Below, piece by piece: positions 1-9,732 of a stretch of DNA of 64,000 nt. Below the pieces are notes generated by a model. It was not told where the DNA came from. It made no database searches and saw only the letters and a program-made list of their open reading frames with translations. Within the stretch, counting starts at the first letter, position 1. Every line of letters starts with the position of its first letter. Source of the DNA: an uncultured Gemmatimonadales bacterium (GTDB taxonomy: Bacteria; Gemmatimonadota; Gemmatimonadetes; Gemmatimonadales; GWC2-71-9). Both the position numbers and the translations under genes were made by a program. The stretch covers positions 39,278 through 103,277 of the forward strand of contig CAWHST010000004.1 in the NCBI GenBank assembly GCA_963832055.1, given 5' to 3'.

Positions 1-1
1 G

Positions 2-1561
2 TACGACGCCTTCCGACGCAACGCTCCGCTCGAGTCTCCCTTCGGGCCGGCCCCATCGGACCTCGATCCGGCCCGGAAGTCGGTCAATCCGCTGTGGACC
101 ATGCTTCGGATCGAGGTCAGGGACACGAACTCTCCGCGCGAGGGACCGTTCCGGCCGGCCGCGGCGTACAGCGTCTTCGCCCTGCACGGTACCGGCAACA
201 CCTCCGAGAACGAGCTGTACGACGGCGACATCCACGCACTGGTGGAACGGGGACTGGAGCGACATATCGACAGCCTGCGCCGAGCTGGGGGAGACAACCT
301 CGGCCGGTCGGTCCACGTCTTCGCCAACGGAACCGAGGGCGACGTGTCGCCGGACTGGCCGGCGCAGACGCGCTGCCCCCTGCCGCTGCTCCGGCCGCTG
401 CGCCGTCCGGCCGGACCGCGCACGCCGGAGAACTGGGGGTGGCAACACGCCAGCCCTGCCGCCATCGGCCGGTGCGAGGCAGCGGCTCGAGCATACGTCA
501 ACGCGGTCGGCGACACTCTCGCGCGGCGGGCGGCGGCGCTGTTCGACACACTCGCTCGCGGGTCCATGTCCGATACGGTCCGCATCGGCGTTGCGTTCCG
601 CACCCTCGCGTTGGCGGACAGTCACGAGGTGCTCGGCGTCTGCCCCAGCCCCCAGATCGGGACTTCGACCGCAGCGGGCGCCGATGACGGAGTAACTCGG
701 TACCGCGGATTCCGGTTGTTCGGCCTCTTCCCGCTCGGGCTGGAACAGGGGAAGAGCGCGGTTCGCGGCGATCCCAAGGGATGCCACGCCGAGAAGCGGA
801 CCACGCTCAGCGCGCTGACAGCGAAGCATGCCTTTCCCGAGCATGCGCAAGTCAGCGTGGTCAGGATCGGGGACCTATTGTTGGGGGCGCTCCCCGGCGA
901 GCCGACCACGATGGTGGGCGTGGCCGTGAGCGACTCGATGCTCGCCGCGGCGGCCACAGGCGGGGCGTCCGGCCTCCAGCGCAGTGATCCTGAGCCATAC
1001 CAACGGCTTCGTCAACTACGTCACGACGGCGGCGGAGTACACGGCGCAGACATACGAAGGCGGGTCGACGATCTACGGACCCAACGAAGCCGCCATGTTC
1101 GCCCGCGAGCTCGGACGGCTGACCGCCTCGCTGGTCCAGAAGGAGCGGAACCAGCCCGGGCACGCCGGACGACTCGGTGCTGGTGTATCCCGGCAAGATC
1201 GAAACCGTGGTGCCGGAGGCGAAGGCCGTGGCGGTCGAGCGTGGCATTCTGGAGCTTCACTGCAAGGGCGGATACGACGGTGGCCCGATGGGTGGATCTT
1301 CACCCCTCGCGCTTTACGCCGTCGGCGGGGCTGGTGCTCGAATGGCAGCGCCGGGTGAATGGCCGATGGACGCCCGCGGCCGTCGACGACGATCCGCATG
1401 TGGAGGTGCGGTTCACCGGCGGGAAGCGGCATGGCGGTTGGGTCTGGGAGTCGCGGTGGACTCCTCGCGGGGTGCCGGGACCGTACCGATTCGTGTTGCT
1501 GCCGCGACTGGAGATGGGGGAGGTGGCAGGCGAATGCGACCCGGCAGCCGCCGAATCGTAG
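2..1561 (+). CDS. neutral/alkaline ceramidase family protein (5' end outside window; needs frame corrections)
   Basis: The frame is open from the window edge. Ceramidase-type strings: FALHGTGNTS, FANGTEGDVSPDW and GALPGEPTTMVG (frame of ORF 101..1561), then SHTNGFVNYVTTAAEYTAQTYEGGSTIYGPNE (frame of ORF 984..1358). The C-terminal tail returns to the first frame. At least 3 frame switches. Confidence 0.7.
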   Translation, partial: YDAFRRNAPLESPFGPAPSDLDPARKSVNPLWTMLRIEVRDTNSPREGPFRPAAAYSVFALHGTGNTSENELYDGDIHALVERGLERHIDSLRRAGGDNLGRSVHVFANGTEGDVSPDWPAQTRCPLPLLRPLRRPAGPRTPENWGWQHASPAAIGRCEAAARAYVNAVGDTLARRAAALFDTLARGSMSDTVRIGVAFRTLALADSHEVLGVCPSPQIGTSTAAGADDGVTRYRGFRLFGLFPLGLEQGKSAVRGDPKGCHAEKRTTLSALTAKHAFPEHAQVSVVRIGDLLLGALPGEPTTMVGVAVSDSMLAAAATGGASGLQRSDPEPYQRLRQLRHDGGGVHGADIRRRVDDLRTQRSRHVRPRARTADRLAGPEGAEPARARRTTRCWCIPARSKPWCRRRRPWRSSVAFWSFTARADTTVARWVDLHPSRFTPSAGLVLEWQRRVNGRWTPAAVDDDPHVEVRFTGGKRHGGWVWESRWTPRGVPGPYRFVLLPRLEMGEVAGECDPAAAES

Positions 1562-1615
1562 TCTGCTGGAAGCTGCATGTCCGAGTGCTCTGGAGACGGC
1601 AGTGAGTCGGGCGAC

Positions 1616-2311
1616 CTATTCGCTCCTGAGCGCGGCCGCCGGCGGAAGCCGCCCTGCCCGGCGGGCGGGCACGATCGTGGCGAGCAGAATCGCGGCCACC
1701 AGCACGCCGGCGCTCGCGACGTAGGTGACCGGATCGACCGGACTCACTTCGAAGGTCACCGCGCGCATGACACCGCCGAGGCCAGCGCGGCGCAAAGCCC
1801 CACCGCGGACCCGACCGACGCAGTGGCCAGTCCCTCGCGCAGCACCAGGCGCACGACGCGGGTGTCGCTGGCGCCGAGGGCCAGGCGAATCGCCAGCTCA
1901 CGCCTTCGCTGCGCCACGAACTGCGCCGCCACACCGTAAACCCCCACGAATGCCAGGCTGAGCGCCAGCATCGCGAAGCTCGCCACCAGGAGCGCGCCGA
2001 ACCTGCGACGCCCGCCCGACTCGCGCATCAGCTCCCGGACCCTCGGCGTAGCGCAGGTCGGCGAGGACGTCCTCCAGGAGCCTGGTCCCCCGAGCGTCGC
2101 GGTGGTCCTCTCGCATCCGCTCGACCCCGCCGAACGCGATCTTGGCCGCGCGCCACGCCTCGTCCGGCGACATGCCGCGGCGGATGTTCGCTTCGGTCTC
2201 CATCTCCAGGTGGAAGCGGATCTCCTCGGAGAGGTCCCGTTCGACGGTGCCGCGGCGCAGCAAGGCGCGCACTCGGCCGCGGAGACCGGCCAGCCAGCCA
2301 GCAGGACTCAT
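1616..2311 (-). pseudogene. remnant of ADOP/MacB-type FtsX ABC permease (large internal deletion plus frame changes)
   Basis: ORF 1898..2311 gives the signature N-terminus of this permease family (WLAGLRGRVRALLRR..ERDLSEEIRFHLEMETEANIRRGMSPDEAWRAAKIAFGGVERMRED..LADLRYA). It is joined near 2025 directly to the last FtsX helices (ORF 1756..2028: RRFGALLVASFAMLALSLAFVGVYGV..QRRRELAIRLALGAS). My hand translation then continues VTFEVSPVDPVTYVASAGVLVAAILLATIVPARRAG..ALRSE to TAG at 1616-1618. Family members are normally about 800 aa; only about 230 aa remain here. Confidence 0.75.
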
Positions 2312-2318
2312 CGGATCC

Positions 2319-2654
2319 TCAGGTCGTCCGGAGGATGAGCTCGACGGCGCGGGCGTACTTGCGCCAGGTATCCGTTTCGCGGCGGAGGTGGCGCTCGCCC
2401 AGCCCCGTGAGGCGATAGTACTTGGCCCGCCGGTTGTTCTCGGTGATACCCCAGTCGCCGGTGACCCATCCCCGCCGCTCGAGCCGCATGAGGGCCGGGT
2501 AGAGCGACCCCTGACCTACGTCGAGCGCGCTCTGGGACAGCTCCAGGATGCGCTGCGCGATCCCCCAGCCGTGCATCGGCTCGAGATCCAGGGTCTTGAG
2601 CACCAGGAGGTCGAGGGTTCCCTGGAGGACGTCGGAGGATGTCTCGCGCGGCAT
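2319..2654 (-). CDS. PadR family transcriptional regulator
   Basis: The last 111 aa of ORF 2319..2891, from ATG 2654: LQGTLDLLVLKTL..MHGWGIAQRI..GSLYPALMRLERRGWV..NNRRAKYYRLT (winged-helix PadR pattern). It lies immediately upstream of the permease remnant on the same strand. The longer ORF extension runs through repeat copy A and is not coding. Confidence 0.85.
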   Translation of the reverse strand: MPRETSSDVLQGTLDLLVLKTLDLEPMHGWGIAQRILELSQSALDVGQGSLYPALMRLERRGWVTGDWGITENNRRAKYYRLTGLGERHLRRETDTWRKYARAVELILRTT

Positions 2655-2773
2655 GCAGGCTCCCTGGTGGGCTTCTACCGAATGTCGACAGGAATATCGG
2701 CGGCTCCTACCGGATGTCAAGAGGAGCGGGGTCGCAGGGGCAGGGGTGGCAGGAGCACGGCGTAACGGGGGCG

Positions 2774-2856
2774 CTGTCATCCCGAGCGCAGCGAGGGATC
2801 TGCCCGCAGGTCCGGAAACGTGCCGGGAGGATCCCTCGCTCCGCTCGGGATGACAG
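2774..2856. repeat. palindromic GC-rich element, copy A (tgtcatcccgagcgcagcgagggatc ... gatccctcgctccgctcgggatgaca)
   Basis: Near-perfect inverted arms of about 26 nt around a variable centre, lying between the divergent PadR and TetR genes. Same termini as the copies at 13330..13414 and 33460..33549. It produces the spurious peptide strings HPERSEGS / SLRSG in shadow ORFs. Confidence 0.85.
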
Positions 2857-2900
2857 GCCGCACTCTTGACAGGCCGGACGGGTGTCCTCATATTAACCGC

Positions 2901-3563
2901 ATGGTTAAACCACGCGGTTCAACCAAACGGTCAAAGCCGCCCCGACCGGAGCCCCGGCCCGACCAGGAAACCCGGGAGCGGATTCTCGACGCCGCCCACA
3001 CGGTCTTCATCCGGAAGGGCACCGCCAGCAGCCGGACCCAGGAGATCGCCGCCGAGGCCGGCGTCAACAAGGCCTTGGTGCACTACTACTTCGGCACCAA
3101 GGCCGCGCTCGCCGACGCCATCTTCGAGCGGGCCCTCGGCGCCCTGGTGCCCCGAGATCTTCGGGATCCTGGCCGACCCCGACCGGACCATCGAGGAGAA
3201 GGTCCCCGCCATCGTCCGGGAGCAGATCGACTTCCACTCGGCCCGCCCCTACTTCGCCGGCTACATGGTCGTCCGAGCTGCACGCGGAGCCGGAGCGGAT
3301 CGCCCGCCTGATGACGGAGCACGGACGGATTCCGCTCGACGTGCTGCGCCGGCAGCTCCAGGAGGGCGCCAAGGGCGGGCAAGATCCGCCGGATCAGCCC
3401 CGAGCAGTTCGTCGCCAACATGATGGGCCTGCTGATCTTTCCGTTCGCCATCCGGCCGGCGCTCTGCGAGCTGCTGGACCTCGATGCCACCCGCTGGCGC
3501 GCCTTCCTCGAGGAGCGCCGGCGCCTCCTTCCCGACTTCTTCATGGCGGGGCTCCGGCCATGA
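2901..3563 (+). CDS. TetR/AcrR family transcriptional regulator (needs frame corrections)
   Basis: ATG at 2901. HTH region: RERILDAAHTVFIRKGTASSRTQEIAAEAGVNKALVHYYFGTKAAL. Removing one C from the CCCC run at 3150-3153 joins ...ALGALVP to EIFGILADPDRTIEEKV. Further switches near 3265 and 3385. The TGA at 3561-3563 overlaps the next ATG (ATGA). Confidence 0.8.
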
Positions 3564-4880
3564 TCCGCGCACTCGCACTCGCGACCTTCGCGCTCGCCCT
3601 CGCCGCGCCGGCGGCGCGAGCCCAGGACACCCTCAGCGTCGACCGGCTGCAGGAGGCGGCGCTCCGGACCGACCCGCGGGCCGACCAGCGCGCCCTGCTG
3701 CGCGCCGCCACCGACCTCCGCCTCGCGGTGATCGCCGCCGACCGCCTGCCGCAGCTCGAGATCAACGGTCAGGCCACCCACCAGAGCGACGTCACCCGGC
3801 CGACCTTCGGCGTCCCCGGGCATCACCGTCCCCGATTTCCCCAAGGACCGCTGGCAGACCACGCTCGACGTCGAGCAGCGGCTCTACGACGGCGGCGACG
3901 TCGCCCGGCGCCGCGAGCTGGAGGAGGCGCGGCACGCGGAATCGGAGGCGGCGCTGGACGTCGCGCTCTACGAGCTCCGGTCGGACGTGAACTCGGCGTT
4001 CTTCTCGGCCTTCCTCTTCCAGAAGCGGTCGGCGGAGTACGACGCGCTGGTCGCCGATCTGGACGCGCGGCTCGCCGCGGTGCGCGCCCGGGTGGACGCG
4101 GGGACCGCGCTCGGCCGCGACGCCGCGGAGATCGAGGCCGAGCGGGTGCGGGCCGGCCTGCAGCGGGACGAGGCGCGGGCCTCGCGCCGCGCGTCGCTCG
4201 CGATCCTCGCCGACCTGGTGGGCGAGACGATCGACACCACCGCCGTGCTGGTGCTGCCGAGCGACGAGCCGGAGCGGACCCACCCGGCCGATCTCGACGC
4301 CGTCGCGGCGCTGCGCCGGCGGCCCGAGTTCGACCAGCTCCGCCAGTCGCGCGCCCGGCTCGACCGGGAGGTGGCCTACACCTCGGCGGAGAACCGGCCC
4401 AAGGTGTTCGCCTTCGGCCAGGCCGGCGTGGGCCTGCCGGGACTGGACCAGTTCCGCACCTCGTCGGATGCGTTCTGGCAGGCGGGGGTGAAGGTCGAGT
4501 GGCGGCCCTGGACCTGGCGGTCCGCGGGCCGGAAGGCGGCGGCCTTCCGGCTGCAGCAGGACGTCGTCGCCACCGAGGAAAAGGCGCTGGGCCGGCGGCT
4601 GGCGCGCGCCGTGGTCACCGACCTGGAGGACATCGCCCGGCTCAAGGCCGCGCTGGCGGACGACGAGCGGATCGTGGCGCTCCGCACCGAGGTCGAGCGG
4701 CAGGCGCGGGCGCAGTACGACGAAGGCGCCATCACCACGCCGGACTACGTCGAGTCGCGCACCGACGTCCTGGAAGCGCGGCTGACACTGGAGCGCCATC
4801 GGGTCGAGCTGGCCCAGGCGCGGTCGAGGTACCTCACCACCCTGGGGATCACGCCCCGCACAGCGAGCGACACGCCATGA
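3560..4880 (+). CDS. TolC-family outer membrane efflux protein (needs frame correction near 3810-3840)
   Basis: Signal peptide MIRALALATFALALAAPAARAQ followed by TolC-like repeats (LSVDRLQEAALRTDPR.., ORF 3987..4880 coiled-coil halves). ATGA overlaps with both neighbours. Confidence 0.8.
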
Positions 4881-5796
4881 GTCCCGCACACCACCGCAGG
4901 TTTGCGCCCGTCGCCCTCGTCCTCGGCGCCGTCGCGCTGGTCTCCTGCCGCAACGAGGACGCCGACGCCTACGGCAACTTCGAGGCGACCGAAGTGACGG
5001 TAGCCGCCGAGGTGGGCGGCCGGCTGCTCGCGCTTCGGACTGGAGGAGGGCGACCGCATCGCGAAGGACAGCGTCGTGGGCGTGGTGGACACGATCCCGC
5101 TCCTGCTGGAGCGACAGGCGCTGGTCGCCCGCCGGGCCGGCGGCCGCGGCGCGCGCCCGGGAGGCGGACGCCAACATCGCGGCGCTGGAAGTCCAGCGCA
5201 GCATCGCCGAGCGCGAGCTGGCCCGCACCGAGCGGCTGCTCAAGCAGGCGGCGGCCACCGCGCAGCAGGGCGACCGCGCCGAGCACGATGCGCGGGTGGT
5301 GCTGGAGCAGCTGGCCGGCGCGCGGGCGGCGCGCGGCAGCGCGCCGCCAGGAAGTCGCCGCGCTCGACGCGCAGGTGGCATCGCATCGACGACCGCCTGG
5401 CCCGGAGCCGGATCCGCAGTCCGCTCGCCGGCACCGTGCTCGCCCGCTACGTCGAGCCGGGGGAGTTCGTGCAGGCCGGCCAGCCGCTGTTCAAGCTGGC
5501 GTCGCTCGACTCGCTCACCTTCCGCGCCTACGTCGGCAACGCGCAGCTCACCCAGCTCCGCCTGGGGCAGGAGGTGCGGGTGGGCGTGGACCGGGGCGAC
5601 TCGATCGCCACGCTTCCCGGGCCGGGTCACCTGGATCGCCTCCGCCGCCGAGTTCACCCCGACGCCGATCCAGACCCGCGAGGAGCGGGCCGACCAGGTG
5701 TACGCGGTGAAGATCGCCGTGGCCAATCCCGACGGCCGGCTCCGGATCGGAATGCCGGGCGAGCTGACCATCGCCGCCGAGGCCCGCGATGAGTGA
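4877..5796 (+). CDS. HlyD-family membrane fusion (periplasmic adaptor) protein (several frame corrections)
   Basis: N-terminal anchor MSPAHHRRFAPVALVLGAVALVSC. Strings GNFEATEVTVAAEVGGRL, RSRIRSPLAGTVLARYVEPGEFVQAGQPLFKLASLDSL, and a C-terminus AEFTPTPIQTREERADQVYAVKIAV typical of YbhG-type adaptors. The pieces lie in the frames of ORFs 3311.., 5076.. and 5296... Confidence 0.8.
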
Positions 5797-7485
5797 CGGG
5801 CCCGCAGTCGAGGCCCGGGGCCTGGTGCGCCGGTTCGGCGACGACGCCGCGCTTCAGGAAGTGTCGTTCGACGTCGCGCCGGGCGAGCTCTACGGCGTGA
5901 TCGGTCCCGACGGCGCCGGCAAGACCACGCTGTTCCGGATCCTGGTCACCCTGCTGCTGCCCGACGCCGGCACCGCGCGGGTGCTGGGCCGCGACGTGGT
6001 GAAGGACCTGTGGGACCTGCGAACCCGGATCGGCTACATGCCGGGGCGCTTCTCGCTCTATCCCGACCTCAGCGTGGTGGAGAACCTCGCCTTCTTCGCC
6101 GCGCTGTTCGACACCACGATCGCGGAGGCGCGGGAGACGATCGCGCCGATCTGGGTCCAGCTCGAGCAGTTCTCCGGCCGCCGCGCGGGCGCGCTGTCCG
6201 GCGGCATGAAGCAGAAGCTCGCGCTCTGCTGCGCCCTGGTGCACCGGCCCGAGATCCTCTTCCTCGACGAGCCCACCACCGGGGTGGACGCGGTGTCGCG
6301 GAGGGAGTTCTGGGACCTGCTCGGCGCGACTGCGCGACGAGGGCCTGCCGATCGTGGTCTCCACCCCGTACATGGACGAGGCGATCCGCTGCGACCGGGT
6401 GAGCCTGATGCAGGACGGACGGCTGCTGGTCACCGACCGGCCCGCCGAGATCGGCCGCGGCTATCCGCGGCCGCTCCTGGCCGTGCGCGGCGCCGAACGT
6501 GCTCGGCCTGCTCGGTGCGCTGCGGCGCTTCCCCCACGCCGCGGCGGTCTGGCCGTTCGGGGAGGCGCTGCACTACACCGATGCGCGGCGGGACGCGCCG
6601 GCCGAGCTGATCGCGCGGGAGCTGGCCGCGCACGTCGAGGCCGCGGGGCTCTCGGGCGTGTCGATGGCGCCCGATCGCGGCGAGCATCGAGGACGCTTTC
6701 ATGTGGTACATGGCGCAGGAGGGGCGGCGTGAGGCGTGCATCGAGCGACGGTCCCACGCCATCGACGCCCAGGCGCTCACCCGCCGCTTCGGCAACTTCA
6801 CCGCGGTGGACGCGATCACGTTCCACGTCGAGCCGGGCGAGGTGTTCGGGTTCCTCGGCGCGAACGGGGCGGGGAAGACCACCGCCATCCGCATGCTGAT
6901 CGGCGTGCTGGAGCCCACCTCGGGGTCGGCGACGGTGGCCGGCTACGACCTCAAGACCCAGGCGGAGCAGGTGCGCCGCCGGATCGGCTACATGAGCCAG
7001 AAGTTCTCCCTGTACGAGGACCTGACCGTCCAGGAGAACATCACGCTCTACGGCGGCATCTACGGCGTGAGCGACCGCGACATCGTCGACCCGCACCGGC
7101 GACATCCTCACCCGGATCGGCCTGGAGAACGCCGGGGACGAGCTGGTGCGGGAGATCCCGCTCGGCTGGAAGCAGCAGCTCGCCTTCTGCGTGGCGCTGC
7201 TGCACCGGCCCGCCGTGGTCTTCCTCGACGAGCCGACCGGCGGGGTGGATCCGATCACCCGGCGGCGGTTCTGGGAGCTGATCTACGAGGCCGGCGCCGC
7301 GGGCACCAGCGTGCTGGTCACCACCCACTACCTGGACGAGGCGGAGTACTGCCGGCGCATCTCCATCATGGTGAACGGGGCCATCGCCGCCATGGGCACC
7401 CCCGCGGAGGTGCGGCAGCGCGGTGGGCGCCGAGACGCTGGACGAGGTGTTCCTCAAGCTCACCCGGCCGGGAACGGCGGCATGA
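5789..7485 (+). CDS. fused double ABC ATPase (YbhF-like) (several frame corrections)
   Basis: Two ATPase halves. Walker A GPDGAGKTT and GANGAGKTT; signature LSGGMKQKL; Walker B LFLDEPTTGVD and VFLDEPTGGVD. Pieces lie in ORFs 5789.., 6354.., 6701.. and 7146... The TGA at 7483-7485 overlaps the next ATG. Confidence 0.85.
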
Positions 7486-8591
7486 GGGCGTTCCTCGGGC
7501 TTCGTGCGGAAGGAGACCCTGCACCTGCTGCGGGACCGGCAGACGCTGGCGATCCTGATCCTGTTCCCGGTGGTGCAGGTGCTGATCTTCGGCTTCGCGG
7601 TGCGCACCGACGTGCGCGACATCGCCATCGCGATCGTGGACCCGACGCCCGACGTCGCCACCACTCGAGCTGCGGGAGCGGATCGCCGCCTCCGACCGGT
7701 TCCACATCGTCGAGCGTGGCCTCGAGCGCCGCAGGGACTCGACCTCCAGTTCCGCGACGGCTCGATCCGGCAGGCGCTGGTGCTGCCCACCGACGTCGAG
7801 CGCCGGCTCGGCCGGGGCGACTCGCTGCCGGTGCAGCTGCTCACCGACGGCAGCGATCCCGAACACCGGCGGCATCATGCAGGGCTACGCCACCGCGATC
7901 GTGGAGCGCTGGTACCGCGACGCCGTACCGGCCGGCGGCGCGCTCCGGATCGAAGCCGCAGGCGCGGATGCGCTACAACCCGACGCTGGAGAGCTCCCAC
8001 CTCTTCGTGCCGGGGCTGGTGGCCTTCGTGCTCACCATCGTGTCGGCGCTGATGACCGCGATCTCGATCTCCCGGGAGAAGGAGACCGGCACGATGGAGA
8101 TGCTGCTGGTCTCGCCCATCCGGCCCACCGCGATCGTGGCGGGCAAGGTGATGCCCTACATCGTGCTCGGCTTCGTGAGCGTCCTCCTGGTGCTGGTGGC
8201 GGCGCGGACGGTGTTCGGGGTGCCGCTCCGGGGCAGCCTGGTGCTCCTGCTGGCGGAGAGCGGGCTCTACATCGTCACGGCGCTGGCGCTCGGCATCGTG
8301 ATCTCGACCAAGGCGCCCAACCAGCGGACCGCCATGATCGCCGCGCTGGCGGGCCTGATGATGCCGACGCTGCTGCTGTCGGGCTTCATCTTCCCGCTCG
8401 ACTCGCTGCCCGCGCCGCTCCAGTGGCTCTCCCACCTCGTGCCGGCCCGGTGGTTCCTGACCATCGTGCGGGGCATCATGATCAAGGGGGCCGGCCTGGC
8501 GACGCTGTGGCAGGAGACGCTGATCCTGGTCGGGATGACGCTGTTCCTCCTCGTCAAGGGATCGCGCGGCCTCGCGATCCGGCTGGGCTGA
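7482..8591 (+). CDS. ABC-2 type transporter permease (YbhS-like) (frame corrections)
   Basis: Removing one G from GGG at 7497-7499 gives MRAFLGFVRKETLHLLRDRQTLAILILFP. The C-terminal 230 aa are intact in ORF 7146..8591 (REKETGTMEMLLVSP.., six TM segments). Confidence 0.85.
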   Translation: MRAFLGLRAEGDPAPAAGPADAGDPDPVPGGAGADLRLRGAHRRARHRHRDRGPDARRRHHSSCGSGSPPPTGSTSSSVASSAAGTRPPVPRRLDPAGAGAAHRRRAPARPGRLAAGAAAHRRQRSRTPAASCRATPPRSWSAGTATPYRPAARSGSKPQARMRYNPTLESSHLFVPGLVAFVLTIVSALMTAISISREKETGTMEMLLVSPIRPTAIVAGKVMPYIVLGFVSVLLVLVAARTVFGVPLRGSLVLLLAESGLYIVTALALGIVISTKAPNQRTAMIAALAGLMMPTLLLSGFIFPLDSLPAPLQWLSHLVPARWFLTIVRGIMIKGAGLATLWQETLILVGMTLFLLVKGSRGLAIRLG

Positions 8592-8595
8592 GCCG

Positions 8596-9730
8596 ATGCG
8601 CACCATCTTCTTCCTGGTCCGGAAGGAGTTCCTCCAGATCTTCCGCGACCGCACCACCGTGTTCCAGATCTTCATGATTCCGGTGGTGCAGCTCCTGGTG
8701 CTGGCCAACGCGGCCACCTTCGACGTGAAGCGGGTGGCGATGCTGGTGGTGGACGAGGACCGGACGACGGTGTCGACGGGGCTGGTGCAGCGGCTCGAGG
8801 CGGGGCGGCAGTTCGAGGTGGTGCGCTACGAGCCGAGCGACGCCGGCGTGGACCAGGCGCTGCTCGACCGCGAGGTGACCGCGGTGCTCCACATCCCGCG
8901 GCGCTTCGAGGAGGACCTGGTGCGGCGGCGGCGGGCGCCGGTGCAGCTGGTGCTGAACGCGGAGGAGGGGGCCACCGCCGGCATCGTCCAGTCCTACGCC
9001 AACGCGATCCTGGCCTCCTACGCCGCGGAGCTGGACCGGACGCTGCCCGCAGCCCGCGGAACGAGCGCGGCTGCCGCGCGGGTGGCGCCGCTCGACCTCC
9101 GGACCCAGCGCTGGTTCAACCCGACCCGGAACTACAAGTACTGGATGGTGCCGGCGCTGATGGTCTCGCTCACCACGATCATCGGCCTGCTGCTCACGGC
9201 GCAGAACATCACCCGGGAGAACGAGCTGGGCACGCTGGAGCAGCTCAACGTCACCCCGATGACCAAGGTCCAGTTCATCGCGGCCAAGCTGATCCCGTTC
9301 TGGCTCCTGTCGCTGCTGATCTTCTCGATCGGCCTCGCGATCGGGAAGCTGGTGTTCGGCATCCCGATGCGGGGCAACCTGCTGCTGGTCTATCTGGCGG
9401 CGGCGGTGTACCTGATCGTGGTGCTCGGGCTGGGGCTCTGGATCTCCACCATCACCCGTACCCAGCAGCAGGCGATGTTCGTCGCCTTCTTCGTGATCCT
9501 GATCTTCCTGCTGATGAGCGGGCTCTTCACTCCGGTGGACTCGATGCCGGACTGGGCCCGGCGGGTGGCCGAGGTCAATCCGGTGAAGCACTTCGTCTCC
9601 ATCATGCGGGCGGTGCTGATGCGGGGCGCCGGGCTGGAGACCGTGGGCCGGCCGATCGCTGGGTCTGGCGGCCGCCGGGGTCGCGGTGCTGGCGCTGGCG
9701 GTGATCCGATACCGGAAGTCGGTGGCGTAG
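8596..9730 (+). CDS. ABC-2 type transporter permease (YbhR-like) (one frame correction near 9655)
   Basis: ORF 8596..: MRTIFFLVRKEFLQIFRDRTTVFQIFMIPVVQ.., RENELGTLEQLNVTP, multiple TM segments. The corrected tail ...AVLALAVIRYRKSVA ends at TAG 9728-9730. Confidence 0.85.
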
Positions 9731-9732
9731 GA

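Noticed and set aside
2319-2891. 190-aa version of the PadR ORF with an N-terminal extension (..[18 protein letters not shown]..).
   Set aside because: The extension is the translation of palindromic repeat copy A. The PadR domain starts at the internal ATG 2654.
3311-5710. 799-aa plus-strand ORF that looks like one giant protein.
   Set aside because: It is a composite: the TetR tail, the TolC signal peptide and the HlyD N-terminus happen to share a frame with out-of-frame read-through between them. Only short stretches of it are real coding frame. ORFs 17345..19606 and 59123..61066 are composites of the same kind (PmbA middle plus LemA; pgl plus glk plus tkt pieces).
3792-5771. 659-aa ORF on the minus strand across the TolC/HlyD genes.
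   Set aside because: It is antisense to genes with clear family motifs, and its translation is Arg/Gly/Pro/Ala-rich low-complexity sequence with no motifs. This is the typical shadow ORF of a very GC-rich genome. The same reasoning applies to 8554..9591(-), 13410..14522(+), 21340..22446(+), 23335..24861(+), 24041..25252(+), 27391..29325(-), 33462..35288(-), 34468..35514(-), 36001..37218(-), 40762..41949(+), 44389..46512(+), 51257..52786(-) and 57811..58782(+).
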